Of a stretch of 29,166 bases of DNA, positions 8,311 to 15,439 are shown in pieces. The position numbers and the translations under genes were made by a program. The notes below the pieces were generated by a model. That model was not told where the DNA came from. It worked only from the letters and a program-made list of their open reading frames with translations, and did no database searches. The stretch lies in the IMG/VR virus record IMGVR_UViG_3300008255_000373, positions 1 through 29,166 of that record. The stretch is one strand, 5' to 3'. The stretch is from a virus (Duplodnaviria; Caudoviricetes). Within the stretch, counting starts at the first letter, position 1. Every line of letters begins with the position of its first letter.

Positions 8311-8571
8311 ATGCTTCCGACCAATTGGGCTTCCTGCGTCGCTGACGCTCCCGCTATCGACGGGGCGGCGGTCGTTCCGAACGATGGCGCTGACCTCGCC
8401 GCTCCCGCCCGTGCGCTCTGGATCGGAGCGGGCGGAACGCTCCGCGTCACCACGCTCAAGGGAACGGTCCTCGACTTCGCCGCCGTCCCGTCTGGCTACG
8501 TCATGCCGGTCGCCGCCGTCCGCGTCCACGCGACCGGAACGACCTGCTCAAGCATCGTGGCGTTGTTCTAA
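8311..8571 (+). CDS. Head spike base protein, RcGTA Rcc01079 (GhsA)-like
   Basis: 86 aa. AVVPNDGADLAAPARALWIGAGGTLRV...GYVMPVAAVRVHATGTTCSSIVAL matches the recalled family pattern (P.D..DL....RAL....GGTL......G..LPV...RV.ATGTT). Confidence 0.8.
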   Translation: MLPTNWASCVADAPAIDGAAVVPNDGADLAAPARALWIGAGGTLRVTTLKGTVLDFAAVPSGYVMPVAAVRVHATGTTCSSIVALF

Positions 8572-9404
8572 TGATTGGATCGGGCATCACGGTGTCGAGA
8601 GACGGAGGAGCCCCAAGGCCATCCGCTCTCGTATTGCCTTGGTACAACCGAGTCATCGCGGCGGGAGGATCGGTCGCTGCCGTACAGGTCGAGGCGTTGA
8701 ACGTCTTGACGGCGACCTATGCTGCTATCGGTCTGAACGATTCGACCTGTCGTTTCAATCCTTTCTGCGGCCTGAATCTCGCCGCCGCTCTCGTCCCCGT
8801 GTTTCGCGGGGGCGGTCCCGATCTGGACACCAACGCGAACTTCATTGAGTCAGACTTCGTTCCCGGGGTCGGGCTCAAGGGCGACGGCGCGACAAAGTAT
8901 CTGAACACGGGCGTCGATCCAACTACGCTCGGCGCGAACGATTCGCAGCACTTCGGTGTCTATTCGCTCGACGCTGGCGCGGTCCTTTCCGCGTGCGAGA
9001 TGGGAACCACAGGAACATCCCTGTCCTCGGCCGTCCGGTGCTGCTTGTTCGTGAACCATCCATCAACCGACACGGCGGTGGACTGCTATAGCCGCACAAC
9101 CTCGCGCGCCTCGGCAGTCGTGGCGAACAATCGTCGCCTCATCCTGTGCAACCGCACCGCCACCAACGGCACGCGAGGATACGCGGACGGCGTGCTGTTT
9201 GGCACCGCTGGTGCCTCGGCGGCTTCCCGCCCGACCGCGCCATACTTCGTGTTCGCTCGGAACAACAACGATGCCGGGCCAGATCTTCCGACGTCACGGG
9301 CCTTGGGTGGCTACACGCTCGGCTTGAAGATGGCGATTGCTGATGCCCCGGTTCTTTCCGCTGCGTGGCGGGCGTACTCCGAAGCTATGGGGAGGGTGAT
9401 CTGA
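8571..9404 (+). CDS. Putative head fibre (Rcc01080/GhsB-like anchor) with a beta-sandwich/lectin-like domain
   Basis: TAATG-coupled to the spike base gene. The N-terminus MIGSGITVSRDGGAP resembles the short anchor of GTA head fibres. GLKGDGATKYLNTG and a beta-rich C-terminus follow. Confidence 0.6.
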   Translation: MIGSGITVSRDGGAPRPSALVLPWYNRVIAAGGSVAAVQVEALNVLTATYAAIGLNDSTCRFNPFCGLNLAAALVPVFRGGGPDLDTNANFIESDFVPGVGLKGDGATKYLNTGVDPTTLGANDSQHFGVYSLDAGAVLSACEMGTTGTSLSSAVRCCLFVNHPSTDTAVDCYSRTTSRASAVVANNRRLILCNRTATNGTRGYADGVLFGTAGASAASRPTAPYFVFARNNNDAGPDLPTSRALGGYTLGLKMAIADAPVLSAAWRAYSEAMGRVI

Positions 9405-9640
9405 TGAACCTTGATGCGCTGATCGTCAACGCGACGGACCTTGCCGCTATCGAGGTTGTGAACGGGTCGCAGTCCAATCGACGGCTCGCACCCGTTCTTT
9501 CCGCCGATGGTCGGAAGGTTCTTTCCGCCGATCTCCTTACCGATTGCGGCGAGCAACAGACCTGGAAGGATTATCGTGAGATATTGACGAGGCTTCCCCG
9601 CGAGACGGTAGCCATGCCTGAGCCACAGGGGAGTCCATGA
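9404..9640 (+). CDS. Hypothetical protein (78 aa), possible fibre chaperone
   Basis: TGATG coupling at 9402-9406 with a GGAGG SD; ATGA overlap with the next gene. Confidence 0.6.
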   Translation: MNLDALIVNATDLAAIEVVNGSQSNRRLAPVLSADGRKVLSADLLTDCGEQQTWKDYREILTRLPRETVAMPEPQGSP

Positions 9641-10050
9641 GCCTTATCCGTGCCATCACCCGTCCCTACGGTCCCGCGACGGTGGACATCCAGATCGAGC
9701 AAGGCTCCGACTTCGTGATGAAGTTCACTCTGTCGAAGAACGCGGTGCCTTGGGATCTCACCAACGCGACGTTCCGCGCTCACTTCCAGTTGAGCGTACC
9801 GACCGCTCAGTGCATCCCTCTTCCGGTGACTCCTCTTGACCTCTTGAACGGGGAGGTCCAAGTGGAGTTCCCTGCCGCATCGTCGCTTGGTCCTCCGTTC
9901 GACACGCTCCCGCCGCTCGCGGAGGCTCGCCCGATTCGCCCCGATCAGTACCCTCTTGGCGGATGGCTCTTCGAGATTACTGACGCCAGCACGACAACGC
10001 GCATCGCCGAGGGTGCGTGCTTCCTGGATCGCGACCCATGCCTGATGTAA
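9637..10050 (+). CDS. Virion structural protein, BppU/LtfC-like beta-sandwich adaptor
   Basis: IQIEQGSDF...WDLTNATFRAHF...GEVQVEF...WLFEITD....RIAEG pattern typical of fibre-attachment domains. Confidence 0.6.
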   Translation: MSLIRAITRPYGPATVDIQIEQGSDFVMKFTLSKNAVPWDLTNATFRAHFQLSVPTAQCIPLPVTPLDLLNGEVQVEFPAASSLGPPFDTLPPLAEARPIRPDQYPLGGWLFEITDASTTTRIAEGACFLDRDPCLM

Positions 10051-10445
10051 GCGTCGAGATCACGCCACAGCCGAGTATCGTCGCAACGGTCGTTGGGGGC
10101 GATCAGATCAGTATTGATCTTTCTGCCGGTCCTCCGGGTCCAAGCGGAGCGACGGTCATATCCGGTACGCTCGCCGCGCTTTCGACAGAAATGGATTCGC
10201 TTGCCTCGGACTTCGCCAACTGGAACGTCCAGCTTTGGAACGGGGCTATGCGCTACACCGCCGACATCAACGCGAGTTCGGACGGCGTGACGGCGAACTG
10301 GTCGCAGTCCGGTGTGTCGCTTGTCGGGATTACCGTTCCGACTTTCACTCTCGACGTTCAGCGTGTCGGCGCTGACCTCGTCCTCTCGGGGATCGGGGTT
10401 GGCTGGTCCTTCCGCGTTCGCCGTTATCTCCAGGTGACATCATGA
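10038..10445 (+). CDS. Hypothetical virion protein with a short GPPGPSG collagen-like motif
   Basis: In-frame ATG at 10038 overlaps the previous stop region. Beta-rich N-terminus followed by AGPPGPSG. Confidence 0.55.
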   Translation: MPDVSVEITPQPSIVATVVGGDQISIDLSAGPPGPSGATVISGTLAALSTEMDSLASDFANWNVQLWNGAMRYTADINASSDGVTANWSQSGVSLVGITVPTFTLDVQRVGADLVLSGIGVGWSFRVRRYLQVTS

Positions 10446-10786
10446 AGTATCAAGACACCATCGGTGCCGTTGTTCTTCTGCGGAAGATCCTTCCGACAGA
10501 TGGCTGGTACAAGTCGGAGCCTCGCAAGGGAAGGATCCTCATCACTGCGATGGATGCGCTTGATGCGCTTCCGCCTTGCGACCTGGAGCGCGGAACCGAC
10601 GAGCAAGATTCCGATTGGGAGAAAAGGCGCGATGCGTTCTGGTCGCAGGAAGCATCCTGGGAGTGGAGCGAGACGCAGGAAGATGCCGTGCGCCTGTGCG
10701 TCAAGTTCTACCGGGACGCTGCCGCCTTCGCCCCAACGCCAGCCGTCCGTTCTCTTCTCAAACTCCTTCAACTGGACAAGGATTGA
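10442..10786 (+). CDS. Hypothetical protein
   Basis: ATGA overlap with the upstream gene; fills the operon without a gap. Confidence 0.6.
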   Translation: MKYQDTIGAVVLLRKILPTDGWYKSEPRKGRILITAMDALDALPPCDLERGTDEQDSDWEKRRDAFWSQEASWEWSETQEDAVRLCVKFYRDAAAFAPTPAVRSLLKLLQLDKD

Positions 10787-10788
10787 CC

Positions 10789-11154
10789 ATGACTGACGCC
10801 ATCATCCAGGTTGATCCCAAGACCACGACCCGCAAGGAAGTGCGAGCCGTCCAGATCGTCGGGCTCAACGATCTTGATGCCGATCCTTCTCGCCCGGATC
10901 TCAAGTATGGGTTCCTCATCCATCGGGTCGCGGAGCCGCAGAACGATAGCGGCGAACAGACCGGAGCGAGGATCGCCCTTCCTCCATTCCAGGTGCCTAT
11001 GCTCGACGTACTGACGCGGACCTTCACGCGACCGGACGGCTCGACGTTCTCAGGGGCGCAGCATCTCATGGACCACAACGCGGTCGTGGATCACTACAAG
11101 GCTATGGCTGAGATCCCCTCGCCCGAACCCGCCGCTGATCCGGAGACGCCATGA
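10789..11154 (+). CDS. Hypothetical protein
   Basis: AAGGA SD before ATG 10789 (the track's 10576 start overlaps the previous gene). ATGA overlap downstream. Confidence 0.6.
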   Translation: MTDAIIQVDPKTTTRKEVRAVQIVGLNDLDADPSRPDLKYGFLIHRVAEPQNDSGEQTGARIALPPFQVPMLDVLTRTFTRPDGSTFSGAQHLMDHNAVVDHYKAMAEIPSPEPAADPETP

Positions 11155-12179
11155 GCGAACAGAGTGACCTTGCGGTGCTTGGCCTGCGCCTGGGCGTCCT
11201 CGGGTCGCTCGCTTCGCTGGCGCTCGCCGCTCCGTTAGCTGATGGCGATCTGAGCGACGAGGCGCGGACGGACGCGGCTCGCATAGGGTTCTACTTCCGT
11301 CGCAACGCTGGCTTGGAGTGCATGCGCCATGTAGTGATGGGACGAGATATTCTTTGTGTCGGCGTCAAGGGAATCTCGTCATGGGTCAACTCGGTCGGCA
11401 AGGAGGTCGGTGACGCGAATGAGGTTTGGGGCTTTGATGCTGGTAATACCAACTTCACTGGAACCGGAAATACGTTCTTCGGACAATACTGCGCGAAGGG
11501 CAAGAGCGGAGGCGGAGGAGCCAACACCGCGTTCGGGCATCGTGCTATGGAGATTGGTTCCGGAGGATCGCTCAACGATGCCTTCGGAACGCAGGCGCTC
11601 AGGAACGTCACCAACAATCACAATAAGGCATTTGGATACCATGCGCTCCGCGAATGTACGAGCGGTGAGGGCAACGTCGGTATCGGTTCCTGGGCGTTTG
11701 AAATCCTGACGAGCGGTTCGCGCAACGTTGGTATCGGTCGGCGCGTGGCGGTCCTTCTCGCCAGCGGCTCAGACAACACCTATCTCGGAGCCTTCGCCGC
11801 TCCGAACGCAACGACCGGAAGTCACAACTGCGGACTTGGGGCGAACACACTCCCGAACATAACGACTGGCCGTGGTAATATCGGACTTGGTCGGTATGCT
11901 GGAAACGGTCGCGGCAACTCGGACAACAAACTCTATGTCGGCACGACCGCGACCGGAGGCGGAGCCTACGCAATCAACGCGGTTCGGATCGAGTCAACCG
12001 ACGTTCGCGGACCCTTGTGGGAGACTCCCAACCGCTTCGCCGCCGCGACCGCGACTTCCGCTGGCGTCAATCTCGGAGTTGGCGTTGACCCGCTTTCTCC
12101 GCAGGACGGCGACATATGGGTGACTGCTAGTTCCATCTTCGCCCGCGTTGGCGGGGTCACATACGATCTCTTGGCCTGA
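11151..12179 (+). CDS. Fibre/adhesin-like protein with N-x-x-[FIL]-G repeats (beta-roll, YadA-head-like)
   Basis: About 10 repeats with a 16-18 aa period (NTFFG, NTAFG, NDAFG, NKAFG, NVGIG x2, NTYLG, NCGLG, NIGLG). C-terminal P.SPQDGDIWVT..SIFARVGG motif common in phage fibres. Confidence 0.7.
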   Translation: MSEQSDLAVLGLRLGVLGSLASLALAAPLADGDLSDEARTDAARIGFYFRRNAGLECMRHVVMGRDILCVGVKGISSWVNSVGKEVGDANEVWGFDAGNTNFTGTGNTFFGQYCAKGKSGGGGANTAFGHRAMEIGSGGSLNDAFGTQALRNVTNNHNKAFGYHALRECTSGEGNVGIGSWAFEILTSGSRNVGIGRRVAVLLASGSDNTYLGAFAAPNATTGSHNCGLGANTLPNITTGRGNIGLGRYAGNGRGNSDNKLYVGTTATGGGAYAINAVRIESTDVRGPLWETPNRFAAATATSAGVNLGVGVDPLSPQDGDIWVTASSIFARVGGVTYDLLA

Positions 12180-12185
12180 GGACTT

Positions 12186-12467
12186 ATGGAAACTATCATC
12201 GTTCACGAAGACACGACCATCGAGCGGACCTTTGCCGAGGAGACGCGGGTTGTTGCTCGAAGTGATCCGCCCGAGAGCGGACCTTGGAACGCAACCATGT
12301 CGTTCGCCGCGACCTTCGTGGGGCCTATCGACCCGGAGAACCCCGTTGCCCCGATCAGCGCAAGCGGGGTCGAGGTCGAGACGCTCCTCAAGGTCGGTAC
12401 GTGGTCCATCACGCTCACTCCGACCGCCACGCCCTTCGATGGGCGCATACTCCTGGGTGACGCATGA
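12186..12467 (+). CDS. Hypothetical protein
   Basis: GAGGA SD; ATGA overlap with the connector gene. Confidence 0.55.
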   Translation: METIIVHEDTTIERTFAEETRVVARSDPPESGPWNATMSFAATFVGPIDPENPVAPISASGVEVETLLKVGTWSITLTPTATPFDGRILLGDA

Positions 12468-13189
12468 ACCCCTATCGCAGCGGTGCTCCTCTCTCCGGTT
12501 GGACGGTCCCTCGTCCTATCTCGAAGCGTCTCAAGGAGACGTCCGCTCCAGCCGTCCTCCCGGTCACGCTCGACGAACTCAAGGCGCATCTTCGCGTCAC
12601 GAACTCGGATGAGGACGCCTACCTGACGACCATCCTCGGGGCGGCGGTGACGATGGCGGAGAACTACCTCAGCAGAGGGCTCATCAACCGGAACGTCCGG
12701 ATGTATATGGACTATCTTCCGGGGTTCGGTCGGGACTTCTGGGCCTGGGGTTCGGGAGCCATGCAGCTGCCCGTAGCCTACGCCACTGAGAGCGTCTTCC
12801 GGATGTTCGACCTGATGCGCGTCCCGGTCGCCGCCGTCTCCCAGGTCGTGTTCGTAGCGGAGGATGACTCTGAGGAAGTCTTCGCCCCCACAAGCTACAT
12901 CGCGGACGTCGATGACCCCGACCAGCCCGCTCGGATCATCCTCCGTCGCGGAGCCGTCTGGCCTGTGAACATCCGGGTCGCCAAGTCGATCTACTGCGAC
13001 TACACCGTGGGCTACGGAACGACCGCCGCGAGCGTTCCTCTTCCGCTTCGTCAGGGCGTCCTCCTGATCGCCGCTGCACTCTGGTCGAACCGGGGCGACA
13101 ACTCCGATCCACAGCCCGACATCCTTCAACTCCCCGCCGTCAAGGCGACCCTCGAACCGTACCGTGTTATGAGGTTCAGTACGCTATGA
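12464..13189 (+). CDS. Head-tail connector/adaptor (phiE125 gp8 / HK97 gp6-like)
   Basis: PVTLDELKAHLRV...EDAYLTTILGAA...AENYL; YTVGYG...VPLPLRQGVLLIAA.LW.NRG; LEPYR. Confidence 0.9.
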   Translation: MNPYRSGAPLSGWTVPRPISKRLKETSAPAVLPVTLDELKAHLRVTNSDEDAYLTTILGAAVTMAENYLSRGLINRNVRMYMDYLPGFGRDFWAWGSGAMQLPVAYATESVFRMFDLMRVPVAAVSQVVFVAEDDSEEVFAPTSYIADVDDPDQPARIILRRGAVWPVNIRVAKSIYCDYTVGYGTTAASVPLPLRQGVLLIAAALWSNRGDNSDPQPDILQLPAVKATLEPYRVMRFSTL

Positions 13190-13539
13190 GACGGAAGATG
13201 GACGATTACACGGCTGGCGAACTCCGCGAGAGGGTTCAGGTCCAGCGTGTTCGTTATACTCCGGACGGTGCTGGCGGACAACTCAAGACGTGGGTGGACC
13301 ACGTTGTCCTCTTCGCGTTCGTCGAGGAGAAGTCCGCCCGAGAGAACTACGCGGACTCCTCGCTTGGTCGAATCCGGACCGAGAAGCACTGGGAGTTCAC
13401 GACCTGGAAGCGCGGAGACATAACGGTACAGGATCGGCTCGTCTGGGCGGATCGGCTCTGGGACATACGGTCCGTTGAGAACCTTCTGGCTCGCAACAAG
13501 TTCATCCGCATCATCGCGGAAGCCGGGGTGGAGCAATGA
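13186..13539 (+). CDS. Head closure protein (SPP1 gp16-like)
   Basis: GELRERVQVQ...DGAGG...W, DITVQDRLVW.DRLWDIRSV; expected syntenic position. Confidence 0.88.
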   Translation: MRRKMDDYTAGELRERVQVQRVRYTPDGAGGQLKTWVDHVVLFAFVEEKSARENYADSSLGRIRTEKHWEFTTWKRGDITVQDRLVWADRLWDIRSVENLLARNKFIRIIAEAGVEQ

Positions 13540-13988
13540 TCTCTATCGTCAAGGGCGTCCCGCAGCTACTCGCGACCTTCAACAAGCTCCAGGCGGAGTC
13601 GGGGCGGCGGATCGCCCGCGCCACGAACCGCGCAGCCCGCGTCCTTCAGCGCGATGCTATTCGCCGCGTCAAGAACCCTCCGAAGTCGGGGAAGCGTCGA
13701 GGCAACCACACCGCGTCCGCTCCCGGGGAGTCGCCCGCGAGCGACTCGGGCAAACTCGTCGAGAACATCATCGTGGTCGCCGCGAAGCCCGGACCCGTCG
13801 CGGTCGCGGAGGTTCGAGCCCGTACCAAGTACGCGAAGGCGTTGGAGTTCGGAACGCGGAAGGCGGGACGGTCGCGCAATGTCGTGATCGAGCCTCGTCC
13901 GTTCCTTGGGCCAGCCATCGCAGCGACCGCGAAGGAGATGAACAAGATTTTCAAGGAAGAGATGAACGGACGCGGAGGTGATAAGTGA
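13536..13988 (+). CDS. HK97 gp10-family neck/tail completion protein
   Basis: ASAPGESPASDSGKL, YAKALEFGT, PRPFLGPA. Confidence 0.88.
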   Translation: MISIVKGVPQLLATFNKLQAESGRRIARATNRAARVLQRDAIRRVKNPPKSGKRRGNHTASAPGESPASDSGKLVENIIVVAAKPGPVAVAEVRARTKYAKALEFGTRKAGRSRNVVIEPRPFLGPAIAATAKEMNKIFKEEMNGRGGDK

Positions 13989-14392
13989 CTGCCATACCCT
14001 CCCAAGCCGAACTCCTCGGGCTCATCAACGACCGTCTCACGGGCGATGCTCCGCTCATGGCGTTGGTCGGCAACCGGATCTTCAATCACGTCCCACAAGA
14101 CGCCCCGCTTCCAATCCTCCGCTTCCGACTCTCCCAGGCGAACGAATGGGACACGAAGGACTCGGCTGGATGGGAAGGCTACGTGGACATCGACATCTGG
14201 AGCGATCATCGCGGCGACTTGAAGCCGTTGGAGGTCGCGGATCGGGTCGATTCAATCTTCCACGTCCTCCCATTTACGATGAGCAGCGGGCAGTCGCTCC
14301 TTCTCCGTCACGAGTTTTCCGATAGCTTTACGGAGCCAGACGGACTCACCCACCACACGGTACTTCGCTTCAGAAGTATCATCACCAACTGA
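13985..14392 (+). CDS. Tail terminator (DUF3168 / gp17-like)
   Basis: LMALVGNRIFNHVPQDAPLP, IDIWS, DGLTHHTVLRFR; directly upstream of the tail tube gene. Confidence 0.88.
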   Translation: MTAIPSQAELLGLINDRLTGDAPLMALVGNRIFNHVPQDAPLPILRFRLSQANEWDTKDSAGWEGYVDIDIWSDHRGDLKPLEVADRVDSIFHVLPFTMSSGQSLLLRHEFSDSFTEPDGLTHHTVLRFRSIITN

Positions 14393-14411
14393 ACCCTCGG
14401 AGGTTATCACC

Positions 14412-14822
14412 ATGGCCAAGTTCTGCGGAAAGGATCTCCTGATCCAGCGGTTGACGGCACCCGCTACTTACACAACCGTCGCATCGATGCGATCCACCTC
14501 GCTCTCGATCAACAACGAGCAGGTGGACGTGACCGACAAGGATGACGCCCCGTGGCGCCAACTCCTCGAAGGCTGCGGCGTGCGCTCGATGGAGCTCAGC
14601 GCGGCGGGTATCTTCACCTATGCCGCCATCATGGAGACGATCATCGCGGACGTTCTCGCGGGCAATGTCGTCGAGTTCAAGGTCATCTCCGGGGCGGGCG
14701 ACACCTTCGTGGGGCTCTTCCTCGTCGCCTCGTGCGAGCGGTCTGGCGAGTACAACCAGGCCGAACAGTACACGCTCAGCCTCGCCTCCGCTGGCGAGGT
14801 GACGTACACCCCGGCTCCGTGA
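14412..14822 (+). CDS. Major tail (tube) protein, TP901-1/GTA family
   Basis: GKDLLI, MRSTSLSINNEQVDVTDKD..WRQLLEGCGVRSMELSAAGIF, YTLSLASAG; GGAGG SD. Confidence 0.93.
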   Translation: MAKFCGKDLLIQRLTAPATYTTVASMRSTSLSINNEQVDVTDKDDAPWRQLLEGCGVRSMELSAAGIFTYAAIMETIIADVLAGNVVEFKVISGAGDTFVGLFLVASCERSGEYNQAEQYTLSLASAGEVTYTPAP

Positions 14823-14842
14823 TTGCGTAAGGAGGACCAATC

Positions 14843-15220
14843 ATGGCTAACAAACATCGCGGGGAGATCGAGCTCACCCTAGGTGGACGGACGTTCTTGC
14901 TCCGTCCTACCTTCGAGGCTCTCGTGGAGTTCGAGGACAAGAGCGGCATGACTGCCTTTGAGGCTCTCAAGTCGCTTCTGGAGAGCCAGCGAGCCCCGGC
15001 CAAGGCGGTCGCTGCCGCCTTCTGGGCTGGGATCCGGGCGGCTTGGAAGTCGGAGGACGGGCGTTGCCCCTCCTTCGGGGAGATCGGCTTGCTCATCCAG
15101 AAGGACGGGCTCAAGTCGGTGATCGAGAACTACAGCAAGTTCCTGACCTTCTCGATCTCCTCCGACGAGGAGGTTGAGAAGATGAGGGAGGTGAGCGAGG
15201 GAAAAGAGGGGAGCGGCTGA
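14843..15220 (+). CDS. Tail assembly chaperone (gpG equivalent, GTA gp10-like)
   Basis: MANKHRGEIELTLGG....LRPTFEALVEFE signature; TAAGGAGG SD; lies between the tail tube and tape measure genes. Confidence 0.88.
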   Translation: MANKHRGEIELTLGGRTFLLRPTFEALVEFEDKSGMTAFEALKSLLESQRAPAKAVAAAFWAGIRAAWKSEDGRCPSFGEIGLLIQKDGLKSVIENYSKFLTFSISSDEEVEKMREVSEGKEGSG

Positions 15221-15435
15221 ACGATGAACCGGGAACGGACCTATGCGATTGGCAACGCCTCGTGGCCATCCTCGTGGTCCGCTTCCATCAATCGTCGGAT
15301 GCCGCTTGGCGCTTCACCCTCCGCGAGTTCTTCGCGCTCATCGAGGCTAACAACCCGAAGGAGCGTGCGAGCGTCAAGTGGGACTACGAGAAGCAAGGCG
15401 ACTTCATCGCTCACCTTCGTAGCATCGGAGCCTAA
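15199..15435 (+). CDS. -1 frameshift extension of the tail chaperone (gpGT equivalent; full product 14843-15435)
   Basis: In-frame slippery heptamer G GGA AAA at 15199-15205. The -1 frame reads GKRGERLNDEPGTDLCDWQRLVAILVVRFHQSSDAAWRFTLREFFALIEANNPKERASVKWDYEKQGDFIAHLRSIGA* (TAA 15433-15435) with the W-x-x-T-x-x-E chaperone motif. Not in the ORF track. Confidence 0.85.
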   Translation, partial: GKRGERLNDEPGTDLCDWQRLVAILVVRFHQSSDAAWRFTLREFFALIEANNPKERASVKWDYEKQGDFIAHLRSIGA

Positions 15436-15439
15436 CCTA

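Noticed and set aside
15224-15439. N-terminal 72 aa of the 823-aa tape measure ORF
   Set aside because: This is an off-frame reading of the gpT-like frameshift domain; ATG 15440 is the better start.
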